A stretch of DNA of 64,000 nucleotides from an uncultured bacterium (GCA_963701085.1 OY969561.1:1024001-1088000), one strand, 5' to 3'; positions 19,717 through 30,269 are shown, counted from the stretch's first letter. The notes: generated from the letters alone by a model not told the origin. A program made the numbers and translations.

Positions 19717-20634
19717 TTAATTATTCCAACTCGCGGCGGATGAATCGTTATTTATATTTTGGAACATAGCCGGGCGGTAATTTTTAGGCATCCAGCTTTT
19801 TGCCCACCAGTGCACCGCATAAGAACCTTGTTGAGTCCAACCACTTCTGTTGCCTTCTGTCTCTCGACAGCCCAGTGGGTAAAAATAAAATGCAGGGAAT
19901 GCTATATCTGTATTACCATCCATGTCAGCGCATGCATAAAATGATTTAGTAAAATGCACAGGACCAGTTTTCTTGGGTGCGCCTTGTAAATGCCAATCAT
20001 TTCTAATGGTTTCTATGCAATGTCGTAGGATTGGATGTCCTGGGCGAGAGCCGAATAATGCAGCTCCCAGTTGAACAAACCAGGTATCGAGTGGTTGAAG
20101 TGCGGTATAAAAATCATAAGTGTAGTGAAAATCATCTAATGCGCGCAAGCACTCGTAATCCATATCAACATAAACGCCGCCATAAAAATATAAGATCTCC
20201 CAGCGTAAAATATCAGATTTTATTCCATAATTATCAGTTGCATCATAAAATTCCTGATTATACAGTTGCATTTGCGCCACATCTTCATCGGTCCATAATT
20301 TATAGAGCCAATCGCGTCCCATGTGGTGTTCAATCCATGACTGCTGTAATGCTATGAATGATTCTGGCACGGGACTGCCCAACCAAATTTGGTGAATTAT
20401 TTTAGGAATTTTAAGTTCGCTGCCGGGGGTAATGTGTGAGAAATTATTTTTTTCATAGAGCATTGCAAAGAAGGCGTACAACATATCACCGTCAAGGCCA
20501 ATAATGCGTTCTGTTGTTGGAATTGCATTTGGATAGCTGTTGCGCTCCATTGCGTCGTCAAAAGGAAGGTAGTGCCATTCATCTGCACTGAGTGAGAATG
20601 ATGATAGTAATAATAACAACATTGGAATAATCAT
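19717..20634 (-). CDS. GT32 (OCH1-like) glycosyltransferase with signal peptide
   Basis: IPKIIHQIWLG, SDILRWEILYFYGGVYVDMD, TGP, HWWAKSW; MLLLLLSSFSLSA|DE. Confidence 0.88.
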   Translation of the reverse strand: MIIPMLLLLLSSFSLSADEWHYLPFDDAMERNSYPNAIPTTERIIGLDGDMLYAFFAMLYEKNNFSHITPGSELKIPKIIHQIWLGSPVPESFIALQQSWIEHHMGRDWLYKLWTDEDVAQMQLYNQEFYDATDNYGIKSDILRWEILYFYGGVYVDMDYECLRALDDFHYTYDFYTALQPLDTWFVQLGAALFGSRPGHPILRHCIETIRNDWHLQGAPKKTGPVHFTKSFYACADMDGNTDIAFPAFYFYPLGCRETEGNRSGWTQQGSYAVHWWAKSWMPKNYRPAMFQNINNDSSAASWNN

Positions 20635-20653
20635 GAGAACTCCTTTTTATATA

Positions 20654-20720
20654 AGCGCTCATCCTGAACTTGTTGAAGGATTAAGCGCTTTAATTCTTCG
20701 ACAGGCTCAGAATGAGCGCT
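20654..20720. repeat. Type-A inverted doublet (hairpin)
   Basis: agcgctcatcctgaacttgttgaagga-ttaagcgctttaa-ttcttcgacaggctcagaatgagcgct. Confidence 0.9.
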
Positions 20721-20825
20721 GAGGGGAAAAATTTCTTCCAGCCTACTGCAGTTTTGAAAAAAATAGAAAAGAAAGTTTTTCTGCTGCATAATGAATATAG
20801 GTACCTGTTATAAAGGAAAAAAAAG

Positions 20826-23424
20826 ATGAATTCACGAGATATTAGACATAAATTTATACAATTTTTTGTTAAAAATGGGCATGAGGCAGTAGCAAGCTCA
20901 TCATTAATTCCCGCGCAAGATCCAACGTTACTTTTTGCAAATGCGGGAATGAATCAATTCAAAGACCTTTTTCTTGGTCATGAAACACGGAGTTATAAAC
21001 GAGCGGTCAGCATCCAAAAATGTGTACGCGCTGGTGGTAAGCATAATGATTTAGACAATGTTGGCTTCACCAAGCGTCATCTTACTTTTTTTGAGATGAT
21101 GGGCAATTTTTCTTTTGGTGATTACTTTAAAAAAGAAGCTATTGCTTATGCATGGGATTTTTTAACTCGTGAACTGAATATTGACCCCAACACGCTTCAT
21201 GTATCGATTTTTGAAACGGATGATGAGGCATATGCGATTTGGTCGAATGATATTAAAGTTCCTGCAGATCGTATTTATCGTTTAGGGGCAAAAGACAATT
21301 TTTGGCAAATGGGTGATGTAGGGCCGTGTGGTCCATGCACAGAAATTTATGTGGATCGTGGTGCAGTGTATGGTCATGCTGATATTGCTGAATGCGGTCC
21401 TGGTTGTGATTGCGATCGTTTTTTAGAAATATGGAATCTTGTTTTTATGCAATTTGATCGTCAGCTTGATGGATCATTAAAGCCTCTTAAACAAACCGGC
21501 GTTGATACCGGTATGGGGCTTGAAAGACTCTGCAGCGTTATACAAAACAAAGATTCTGTGTATAACACTGATATTTTTGCGCCAATTTTGGCAAAAATTG
21601 AGGAACTTACCGGATTGCAGTATGAAAAACAAAACGCAGAAAATAAAGCAGCGTTTCATGTGATTGCTGATCATATCCGTTCATCAACAATGATTATTGC
21701 TGATGGTTGTGCGCCAACAAATGAAGGACGCGGATATGTTTTACGTAAAATTATTCGTCGCGCTGCATTGTTTGTACAAAAGTTAACTGATAAAAATATT
21801 TTTCCTGAACTTTCTTATACAGTCGTGCAAGAGTTCGGTGCAATATACCCAGAATTGCAAACAAATAGGGAACTTGTATACACAACACTCAAAAGTGAGG
21901 TTGATAAGTTTGCGGTAAATCTTGTTCGCGGTAAAGTGATTCTTGAACGTTATTTTGATGAAACTAAAAAAAGTAAAATTATCACGGGTGATCAGGCATT
22001 TAAATTATATGATACATACGGTTTTCCGATTGAAATAGTTATTGTTGTTGCGCGTGAAAGAGGCTATACCGTTGATATGGATGGTTTTGATGCTGAAATG
22101 GAAAAACAGCAAAATCAATCAGGCAAAAAAACGATTGATGCGTTATCACAACTTGAAGTTGGCGTAGTTATCAGAATTTACGGGATATGATGAATTAGAA
22201 ACAACATCAGAAGTTGCAGCGCTTGTTGTTGAAGCGCACACTGTTGATACAGTTGCAGCGGGGCAAGCATGTTATGTTATTACAAAAAAATCGCCATTCT
22301 TTATTGTTGGTGGTGGGCAAGTTCCCGATCAAGGTTGGGTGACTATTAATGGCATAGAAACAGCAATTATGCAGGTGCGTTTTATTGGTAATGCAATTGC
22401 TGCTCAAATTACTGCACCAACAAAAATCAGTGTTGGAGATCGTGTAATATCACGCGTAGATAAAGTGTGGCGAACCAATGCAATGAAAAACCACACAGCT
22501 ACGCATTTATTGCAAGCGGCATTGATGCATATTTTTGGTAAGCAAATTCAACAATCTGGATCATTGGTGCATCCTGATTATTTACGTTTTGATTTTACGT
22601 ATCACAGTCAACTTTCTGCTGATGATATTAAACGTGTAGAAGATGTGGTTAATGAAAAAATTCGTGAAAATATTCCGGTAAATATTGAATATTGCAGTTT
22701 AAAAGATGCGCAAAAAAAGGGCGCGCTTGCATTTTTTGGTGAAAAGTACAAACCAGAAAATGTGCGTGTTGTACAAGTTGATGATTTTTCTGTTGAACTG
22801 TGTGGGGGCACGCATGTGCATGCCACTGGTGATATTGGTACTTTTAAAATTACTGAAAGCACCGCGCTTTCTGCAGGGCATCGTCGTATTGTTGCCGTGA
22901 CAGGTCCTGGTGCAATTGAGTTGTTTCAAGAAACATTTTCTGTTGTTAAAACATTATCACAAGATTATAAAGTTAAACGTGAAGAAGTGCTTGATGTTGT
23001 GTGTAAGCAAAAAGAACAGCTTAAATTGGCGCAACAAGAGATTAAGCATCTCACGCACCAGCTTATTACCACTCAAATGCCGATGTGGCTACAGTCAGTT
23101 GAATATATTGGTAGCATGCCATTTTTATGCGTAAATATTCCAACTATTTCTGTTGAGGATATGCGTATGATTGCTACAACGCTTGAACAAAAATTGCCAG
23201 GCTTTTATGTTATTATGAGCTCTGCTGATAACGCTCGTACAAAGTTTTACGCTGTATTATCACCCGCATATGCTGATGCTGTTGATATGAAGGCGTTTTC
23301 GGCATGGTTGAGCAGCGCACAAGGGTTGCGTGGTGGTGTGGCAAAAAATAGCATCCAAGGTGGTGGTGAAAAATATAATCCACAATTGGGTTCTGATATC
23401 AAGAAGTGGCTGCAAGCGAAATAA
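20826..23424 (+). CDS. alaS: Alanine--tRNA ligase (one apparent frameshift near 22170)
   Basis: DPTLLFANAGMNQFK, FFEMMGNFSFGDYFK; after the shift SEFTGYD, NHTATHLL, ELCGGTH; split into ORFs 20826-22190 and 22339-23424. Confidence 0.95.
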
Positions 23425-23436
23425 TAAGGATTTTTG

Positions 23437-23943
23437 ATGAAAAAATATTTAATTATACTGTTGCTCATGGTAATCGGTTGCGAAAATCAACTGCATGCTA
23501 TGTTTGGGGATTATGAAATAGCACAAGACAATATAAGGATACTCCGACGTCTAGCAGAAATGTTTCATCAGCGATTAATATTTGATTTTGGGGGAATTCC
23601 AGAACGTGAAATGCAAAAAATGCGGAACACAACAGCTAGAATTTTGAAAAAACAGCTAAAACGACGAGAAGAACAATTAGAACAAGTGATGCAACGGTTA
23701 CTACAACAACAGTGGCAAGAAGTACGACGACAACAAGCAGAACCACAGCAGCGACCACAACAGCGATGGCAAGAATGGCGGCGACAAGAATTTATATTAG
23801 AAGGACGGGCAGAAGCACAAGCCATTAAACATCAAAAGAAAACTTATAGCAAATATCATTGTGCGCAGACGCGCACCAATCAACACAATGCTCCTATACA
23901 TCAGCCGCGATCAAATAATTATGCTATAAAAAATAAGAGATAA
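23437..23943 (+). CDS. Secreted hypothetical protein, Q/R-rich, C-terminal PIHQPR
   Basis: Signal ending LHA|MF; internal repeat QQQWQEVRRQ / QQRWQEWRRQ. Confidence 0.65.
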   Translation: MKKYLIILLLMVIGCENQLHAMFGDYEIAQDNIRILRRLAEMFHQRLIFDFGGIPEREMQKMRNTTARILKKQLKRREEQLEQVMQRLLQQQWQEVRRQQAEPQQRPQQRWQEWRRQEFILEGRAEAQAIKHQKKTYSKYHCAQTRTNQHNAPIHQPRSNNYAIKNKR

Positions 23944-23973
23944 AAAATTTACGGTTAGATTAAAGGGATTGTA

Positions 23974-24246
23974 ATGAAGTTGATTATGTTTTTTGTGTTG
24001 CTAACAAGTTTTTTTGGAGTTTTATCTGATCGTGCTAATTCTCATTCAATACCACGAAGATATAGAGAAAGAGTACCGGTTTGGTTCGGCGTTCAGGAAA
24101 CATGGTTACAAGAGAAACCAGAGAAGTTATATTTTAAAAACGATAATCGTATTGATCGGCAAAAACATGCTCAGATCAATCAGCCAATTCATCAGCCGAG
24201 AAAGCATAATCATGAGCCGCGCTGCAATAGTCGTCGAAATCAGTAA
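23974..24246 (+). CDS. Small secreted hypothetical protein, C-terminal PIHQPR
   Basis: Signal MKLIMFFVLLTSFFGVLS; shares motif with upstream gene. Confidence 0.6.
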   Translation: MKLIMFFVLLTSFFGVLSDRANSHSIPRRYRERVPVWFGVQETWLQEKPEKLYFKNDNRIDRQKHAQINQPIHQPRKHNHEPRCNSRRNQ

Positions 24247-24409
24247 TTACTGATAAGAGCCTATTCTTAAGTTAATTTTTATTTGTGCTTTATAATATAC
24301 ATGATATAATAAAATATATTATTCAGTATGTTAAGCCTTTTGTTGCTTAATTATACAATTAGAAAATACCAAAGTAAGCAATAACAATCCAGAGGATCCA
24401 GGGGGATAC

Positions 24410-24796
24410 ATGAAAAAAAATATAACAATTGCTCTTTTTATCGTTAGTTGCGCTATGCCAATCTTTGGAATGGAAAATAAAGGGTTCGTCCAAAGTAATC
24501 CACAAATTATCACAAGGGAATCCCTAAAGGAAGAGCTAGTGATATTTCATACGATAGAATCATTACCTATTTATAAATTGCCTCCTGTTTATCCTATCTA
24601 TTCTGGTAATAGTCTGCCTCGGATAGAAACTCATTTGACACGCTGTGTATCTGAAGGATGTATGATAAATAAGCACTTTGAAGTAACAAATTCTAATCAA
24701 TCATACGGGTTTCCAATGGTAAGACCTCGCATAAACCCCTGTATTGAAAAAAGAATTGCTTACCATTCAATGAAAAAAGAATTTTTTTCTTTTTAA
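24410..24796 (+). CDS. Secreted hypothetical protein
   Basis: MKKNITIALFIVSCAMPIFG|ME; ggggg RBS. Confidence 0.65.
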   Translation: MKKNITIALFIVSCAMPIFGMENKGFVQSNPQIITRESLKEELVIFHTIESLPIYKLPPVYPIYSGNSLPRIETHLTRCVSEGCMINKHFEVTNSNQSYGFPMVRPRINPCIEKRIAYHSMKKEFFSF

Positions 24797-25403
24797 AACG
24801 GTTGGGTATACAATCTTTTTTCTTCCGATCATCCTGCCGTGTCCGACGAAGCTTTATGCGAAGTCTGGGAGTATTTTTGCTTTGCAAAAATGTATCGAAG
24901 ATCATTTCAATAGCTTTATCAATCAGTTGTTCAAGCTCATTAAAATTGTCGAAGTTGCTCAAAACATATTGGGCAACTTCTTCTTTATTTTCTGGCCGAC
25001 CAATGCCAAATCGTAGGCGCATAAAATCTGGCCCACAAAACTCCATAATTGAGCGCAATCCATTGTGTCCACGATGACTGCCACCAGTTCTGAATTCAAT
25101 TTTACCAAATGGTTTTTCCAGTTCATCATGCACAACTAATAGATTTTCAGCTTTGATGCCTTGCTTAAGTAATGGTGGAATTACTTTGCCGGAGCTATTC
25201 ATAAAAGTTTGTGGTTTGACGAGGATGATTTTTTCACCATTAACTTCAATGTCTGTAATTTCCATATCGGCCTTTTTTTGCCATGATGCATTATGTTTTT
25301 CTGCAAGTGCATCAAGAACTAAAAAACCAATGTTATGGCGATTGTAGTGGTACTGTTTTCCTGGATTACCTAGGCCTATAATTATTTTTATTTTATTTTG
25401 CAT
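24693..25403 (-). CDS. pth: Peptidyl-tRNA hydrolase with aberrant C-terminal extension
   Basis: IIGLGNPG, RHNIGF, KPQTFMNSSG, VHDELE, GHNGLRSI, RLRFGIGRP. Confidence 0.95.
   Translation of the reverse strand: MQNKIKIIIGLGNPGKQYHYNRHNIGFLVLDALAEKHNASWQKKADMEITDIEVNGEKIILVKPQTFMNSSGKVIPPLLKQGIKAENLLVVHDELEKPFGKIEFRTGGSHRGHNGLRSIMEFCGPDFMRLRFGIGRPENKEEVAQYVLSNFDNFNELEQLIDKAIEMIFDTFLQSKNTPRLRIKLRRTRQDDRKKKDCIPNRFKKKKILFSLNGKQFFFQYRGLCEVLPLETRMID
24825..24901. repeat. Type-A element with nested type-B unit, at the 3' end of pth
   Basis: ccgatcatcctg[ccgtgtccgacgaagctttatgcgaagtctggg]agtatttttgctttgcaaaaatgtatcgaaga. Confidence 0.85.
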
Positions 25404-25430
25404 GAGAATATTTTTCAATTGAGTTCGATA

Positions 25431-25500
25431 TGGTTCGACAGGCTCACCACGAACGGTATTAGAAGTTTATTTTTCCGTTCGTCCTGAGCTTGTCGAAGGA
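25431..25500. repeat. Type-A divergent doublet upstream of pth
   Basis: tggttcgacaggctcaccacgaacgg ... ccgttcgtcctgagcttgtcgaagga. Confidence 0.88.
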
Positions 25501-25538
25501 AACGAACGTCCAATAAATTATATCAGTAAGATTATTTT

Positions 25539-26196
25539 TTAAAATAGTAATTCTGTATTGAACATAAAAGATATTATGTATTGTATCAGCTCATGCGGCA
25601 TTTGCGAATTATTGATTATGAAATTAAGTAAGCATATTTTTTTTGGATATATTTTTTTGATTGATTCAATTCGTTCCAATCGTTCAACAAGAGCTAATTC
25701 TCTGTCTTCTGGCGTTGGTTCAAAACCAAGATCGCGAAGTATTTGTATAAATTTTTGTTTTTCTTCAAAGGTTACTTTTTCTGCCATAGTTGCAGATCCT
25801 AAGGCCGAGTAGTTGTTTATGCGAGTATTTTTTAATATGTCTAAATTCTGGAGGATCTATTAGCCGATGTAGAGATCTTATATTACACCCAACAAAGCAA
25901 TATTTACCATGATCATACTGGAAATTCGTTTCACGAGAGATGTCCCCATATGTTTTTTTATGAAGATCTTGGCGATATGTACATGATAAAAAGTAATGAT
26001 TAGGTTATTGATCCAACCCAATATGGGTCTAAGCCGAATTTCCAAAAATCTTTATTATCATCTAATTTTTGTTTAAATGCATCACGCTTTTTGGTTAGTT
26101 CTTGAATGCAGATTTGTTTTCCATGCATTGTGTTGCATTGGGGAGTAGTAAAAAGAGGGATAATAAAAGTAACTTTGTGTCTTGATAAAAAAACAT
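25539..26196 (-). pseudogene. Frameshifted secreted hypothetical gene (paralog of 26282-26749)
   Basis: Hand translation: MFFYQDTKLLLLSLFLLLPNATQC|ME, then shifts, then LKNTRINNYSALGSATMAEKVTFEEKQKFIQILRDLGFEPTPEDRELAL; shifts may be sequencing errors. Confidence 0.6.
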
Positions 26197-26220
26197 TTAA
26201 TTATCCTGTTATATTTAAAG

Positions 26221-26250
26221 AAAGCGGTTGAATTATTCAACCGCTTTTTT
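26221..26250. terminator. Intrinsic terminator
   Basis: aaagcggttgaat-t-attcaaccgctttttt. Confidence 0.8.
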
Positions 26251-26281
26251 AAGTTCTTTTATGATTTATTTTCATATGATA

Positions 26282-26749
26282 CTAAAAGTCCAAGATCAGT
26301 GCTAGTTCTATATCCTTTTCTGTTGGCCTACAGCCGGCAGCATACAAGTTTTGTATAATTTTATTTTTTTCCTGATCAGATATATCTGTTGGAAGGGTTG
26401 CTACCCCCATGGCAGAATAACCTTTGTAGCGAGCATTTTTTAGCATATTCATTTTTGAAAGAGTTTCTACATTATGGTCAAGTAGAGCACCTTTGTAAAA
26501 CTCATTATCAGTTTCTACGTATCCGTATGTATGTTTAGGGTATCTGCATATTACGAGATATTGTAGAGGATCCTCAAATCGTAGCCCTTTCCAACCTCGA
26601 GCATTCCATAAGGCTTCCTCTAAATGATTTCTCTCACGTGCTATGTTATCAAGGTATTCTTTTCGTTACAGGTTTATGCAACGTACAATTTTCATGCAGT
26701 GTACGGTAGTAGGAATGAGTAAAAGAGATAATAAAAACATTTTTGTCAT
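26282..26749 (-). pseudogene. Frameshifted secreted hypothetical gene (paralog of 25539-26196)
   Basis: MTKMFLLSLLLIPTTVHC|MK, shift near 26665, then ...LKNARYKGYSAMGVATLPTDISDQEKNKIIQNLYAAGCRPTEKDIELALILDF*. Confidence 0.6.
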
Positions 26750-26783
26750 GAGAATGCCTTTTTTTATTTTTTATAGAGATGTA

Positions 26784-27443
26784 CTACGCACCAATTTTAG
26801 CAGGCTTTGCAGTAGCTGTTTTATTATCAGCAACTTTGAGCGAACTTTCTGTTTTTTTATTTTGAGCAAGTTCAATTTTGTATGTTTTATTCATTTCATT
26901 GATTGCTTTATCAGTAAAATCAAATTTGTCTGAAACGTAGATTGCGCGGCCGGTCATTTTGTCAAAAACAATGTCTATGTTTTCATTTTTAGCGAGTTTA
27001 GTTACGCTTATTTCAAGATCTTGAGCGAGGCTTTCGGTAGCTATTTGCATATCCATTTTGAGCTCTTCTTCTTTTTCTGCAACAAGATTTTTTATATCAC
27101 GTTCCATTTTTAATAATTTTTTTTCTTCTTTTTCACGTGCAGAATCACTCATTGTTGTTGATTTACTGACATAATCATTTTTTGCTTTTTCAAATTTTTT
27201 TGATTCTTCTTGAAGTTCACCAGTTGCTAAATTTCTTTTGCCTTCAATTTCTTTACGTTTTTCCTGACCTTTTTCACTTTCTCCCATCATGGTGAATGAT
27301 TCAACAAATCCAACTGTTGCATTGATAGTAACTTTACTATCGCTAAGAACATCAGCGGTGGAAAGTGATTTTTGTTCAGCATTAATCGAGTTGCTTAATA
27401 AAATTGCGCATAAAGTTGTTGCGGTGATCATACGATTTTTCAT
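26784..27443 (-). CDS. skp: OmpH/Skp-family periplasmic chaperone
   Basis: Signal ending INA|EQ, VGFVE, long coiled coil, AKNENIDIVFDK..IYVSDKFDFTDKAI. Confidence 0.8.
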   Translation of the reverse strand: MKNRMITATTLCAILLSNSINAEQKSLSTADVLSDSKVTINATVGFVESFTMMGESEKGQEKRKEIEGKRNLATGELQEESKKFEKAKNDYVSKSTTMSDSAREKEEKKLLKMERDIKNLVAEKEEELKMDMQIATESLAQDLEISVTKLAKNENIDIVFDKMTGRAIYVSDKFDFTDKAINEMNKTYKIELAQNKKTESSLKVADNKTATAKPAKIGA

Positions 27444-27461
27444 GAAATTTTCCTCATTTTT

Positions 27462-27564
27462 AGCGCTCAAAGATACCCTTCAACAAGTTCAGGGCGAGCG
27501 CCTAAGATATAAATATTTTTTCTTCCGTTCATCCTGAGTGCTCCGTTAGGAGTTTATCGAAGGA
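27462..27564. repeat. Type-A divergent doublet between P-type ATPase and skp
   Basis: agcgctcaaagatacccttcaacaagttcagggcgagcgc (like the murE copy) and ccgttcatcctgag[tgctccgttaggagttta]tcgaagga. Confidence 0.88.
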
Positions 27565-27578
27565 TACTCTTTTTACAT

Positions 27579-30269
27579 TCATGCGTCAATGTGAGAATAC
27601 CATCTGCGCGCAACTGTTTTGCGAATTTCTTCCATGATAATAATGGGTGCGGTGACTGCTATAATAATAATCCAATCAGATCCGGAAAGGGGCACTGTTT
27701 TGAATATATATCGCATAAATGGCACGTAGACGATTGCTGATTGCAGGGCAAGCACAAGCGCCATCACTGCAATAAGACCTTTATTAGTAAATAACCCAAT
27801 TGTAAAAAGGGAGCGTGTTGTTGAGCGGCAGTTCCATGCATTAAACCATTGGTACATTGCCATGGTAATAAGAGTCATGGTACGGGCATATGCTAAATCA
27901 GTTTGGTAATACATAAGAAATAGTGCAAGTGATCCAATACCCATTGGGATTGCCATAAATAACATTTTCAGTAATAGTGCACCATCGATAAGACGTTGTT
28001 TTTTTTCAAGCCAAAATTGTTTGAGTAATCCTGGTTCTTTTGGCTCCATTGCAAGTCCAACATCCAGAAAACCATCAGTTACCAAATTAAGCCATAAAAT
28101 TTGAACGGCAGTAATTGGTAGCGGTAAATCTATGCCGGTTAGTAGTGTTGTGAGAAATGCAAATAAGACGATTAAAATTTCACCCATGTTGGTAGAAAAG
28201 AAATAAAGAACGATACGTTTTAGTGTATAAAAAATATGTCTGCCTTGTTCAATTGCATTAATGATATTGATAAAAGAATCATTGAGTAGCACTAAATCTG
28301 CAGCCTGTTTTGCAACTTCAGTACCGACGCTTCCCATGGCAATACCAAGATCTGCTTTGACCAATGATGGTGCATCGTTAATGCCATCGCCGGTCATGGC
28401 AACAATCTTGCCTGATGTTTGGAGTAATTCAATAATGCGCATCTTGTGATGCGCCGATACACGTGAAAATACGGTGATATGGTTGATGCGCGAAAGAATT
28501 TGTTCGTCAGTTGATTGATCTATTTCAGAACCATCAATAGACTCATCACCTTCACGGAAAATACCAACACGTTTTGCCACGTGTAAAGCGGTGATTTGAT
28601 GATCGCCTGTTGCCATGATAATTGATAATCCTGCGTTGCGCGCATCTTGAATGACTGATGCCACTTCTGGTCTGATGGAATCTTCAATGCCTGCAAAGCC
28701 AAGAAGTTGGATATGAGTATCGAGTAAGGCTTGATATGCTTCAACATTATGTAAACCATCATACGTATGTGGTGGTAACACTTTCATACCAATGGCAACA
28801 ACGCGCAGACCATCAGCAAGAAAACCGGTTAATACTGTTTCAGATTCTTGTGGTTTTTCTGGTGTACGCTTAAATACTGCTTCTGGTGATCCAATAATAA
28901 ATGCTATGCATGTAGTATCTTTTTCGTAAAAACCAGCATGGTAGCGGGTAGTGGAGCTGAATGGGATTTCATATTTTTTGATATAGTGGGATGCTTGTTC
29001 ACTGATAATTGATCCCAGTTTTTGTGAGAAAATGGCAAGTGCAGCTTCAGTTGGATCACCTTTGATATCAAAAATATCAAGCTTGGGCAGATGAATAATT
29101 TCGGCATTGTTAAGCAATTGTGCGGCAATTGCCATCTGCGTGAGAGAGCTTTCTTTATTAAAATCTTTAATGATAGTACCATTTTTGCATATGGTACCTT
29201 CGCAGTGATATCCGCTACCAGTTATTTGCCAGATATTATCAGCAGTCCATACGCGAGAAACAATCATTTCATTACGCGTGAGTGTTCCTGTTTTATCAAT
29301 AACAATAACATTGGTGCGCCCAAGCGCTTCCACTGCTTGCATGTTACGCACAAGAACAAAATGTTTTGCCATGTGTAGTGCTCCTGTAGCAAGTACTAAC
29401 GTTAGTACTACCGGTAATCCTTCCGGTACCACGCAAATAAAGAGTGCGGTGAGCATAACGAGCAGTTCTTTGATTGGTTTGCCGGTAAAAATACCCACAC
29501 CAAATAAAAAGAGACAGGTGATTAAGATAAAGAGGAGAATCCAGTGAGATAAGCGCTCTAATTCCGTGCGCAGCGGAATATCGGTATCAATTTCTTCGGT
29601 GATAACTTGTATTTTTCCTATTTCAGTTGCCGCTCCTATTGCGGTAACAATTGCCTTGCCAGATCCGGCTACAACGTAGGTGCCTTTAAAAAGCATATTG
29701 ATGCGATCTCCGAGTGAAACAGCACGAAAGATGGTATCACTCTGTTTTTCTACTGCATGTGCTTCACCGGTTAATATGGCTTCATCAACACGTAAGTTAT
29801 TTGATGTTATGACGCGCGCATCAGCAGGAACGCGTTGTCCTTCTTGTAAAAAAATAATATCACCAACAACAAGATCTTTATCATCGACAACTGTTTTTGC
29901 TCCATCACGCAGTACAACAGATTCTGCTTTTATGTAACGCTTGAGGTTTTCAATAATATTTTTAGTACGTGCTTCTTGTACGGTGCCTAAAATGGCATTA
30001 AAAAAAAGAACGCCGCTGATGATAAAAGCGTCGAGTTTGTCTTCACCAAAAATAAAGATAATTAATGCGGCAAAAAAGAGGATGTAAACGAGAGGGTCTT
30101 GGAATTGACTGATAAAAATAGAAACAATGCTGCGTTGTTTTACGCCATGCAAAACATTATAGCCATGGCGCTTTTGTCGCTGAGCAACTTCTTTTTCCGA
30201 TAATCCTTTTTCACTGTCCACCGCCAATGTTTGCGTGATACTTTCTATGCTTGTGCGATACGATTCCAT
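27579..30269 (-). CDS. Cation-transporting P-type ATPase (type II, Ca2+-like)
   Basis: LTGEA, VPEGL, DKTGTLT, KGDPTE, TGDGINDAP, QILWLNLVTDG. Confidence 0.93.
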   Translation of the reverse strand: MESYRTSIESITQTLAVDSEKGLSEKEVAQRQKRHGYNVLHGVKQRSIVSIFISQFQDPLVYILFFAALIIFIFGEDKLDAFIISGVLFFNAILGTVQEARTKNIIENLKRYIKAESVVLRDGAKTVVDDKDLVVGDIIFLQEGQRVPADARVITSNNLRVDEAILTGEAHAVEKQSDTIFRAVSLGDRINMLFKGTYVVAGSGKAIVTAIGAATEIGKIQVITEEIDTDIPLRTELERLSHWILLFILITCLFLFGVGIFTGKPIKELLVMLTALFICVVPEGLPVVLTLVLATGALHMAKHFVLVRNMQAVEALGRTNVIVIDKTGTLTRNEMIVSRVWTADNIWQITGSGYHCEGTICKNGTIIKDFNKESSLTQMAIAAQLLNNAEIIHLPKLDIFDIKGDPTEAALAIFSQKLGSIISEQASHYIKKYEIPFSSTTRYHAGFYEKDTTCIAFIIGSPEAVFKRTPEKPQESETVLTGFLADGLRVVAIGMKVLPPHTYDGLHNVEAYQALLDTHIQLLGFAGIEDSIRPEVASVIQDARNAGLSIIMATGDHQITALHVAKRVGIFREGDESIDGSEIDQSTDEQILSRINHITVFSRVSAHHKMRIIELLQTSGKIVAMTGDGINDAPSLVKADLGIAMGSVGTEVAKQAADLVLLNDSFINIINAIEQGRHIFYTLKRIVLYFFSTNMGEILIVLFAFLTTLLTGIDLPLPITAVQILWLNLVTDGFLDVGLAMEPKEPGLLKQFWLEKKQRLIDGALLLKMLFMAIPMGIGSLALFLMYYQTDLAYARTMTLITMAMYQWFNAWNCRSTTRSLFTIGLFTNKGLIAVMALVLALQSAIVYVPFMRYIFKTVPLSGSDWIIIIAVTAPIIIMEEIRKTVARRWYSHIDA

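Noticed and set aside
22160-22200. Programmed frameshift or naturally split alaS
   Set aside because: Removing one base restores SEFTGYD; no slippery site; similar indels elsewhere indicate sequencing error.
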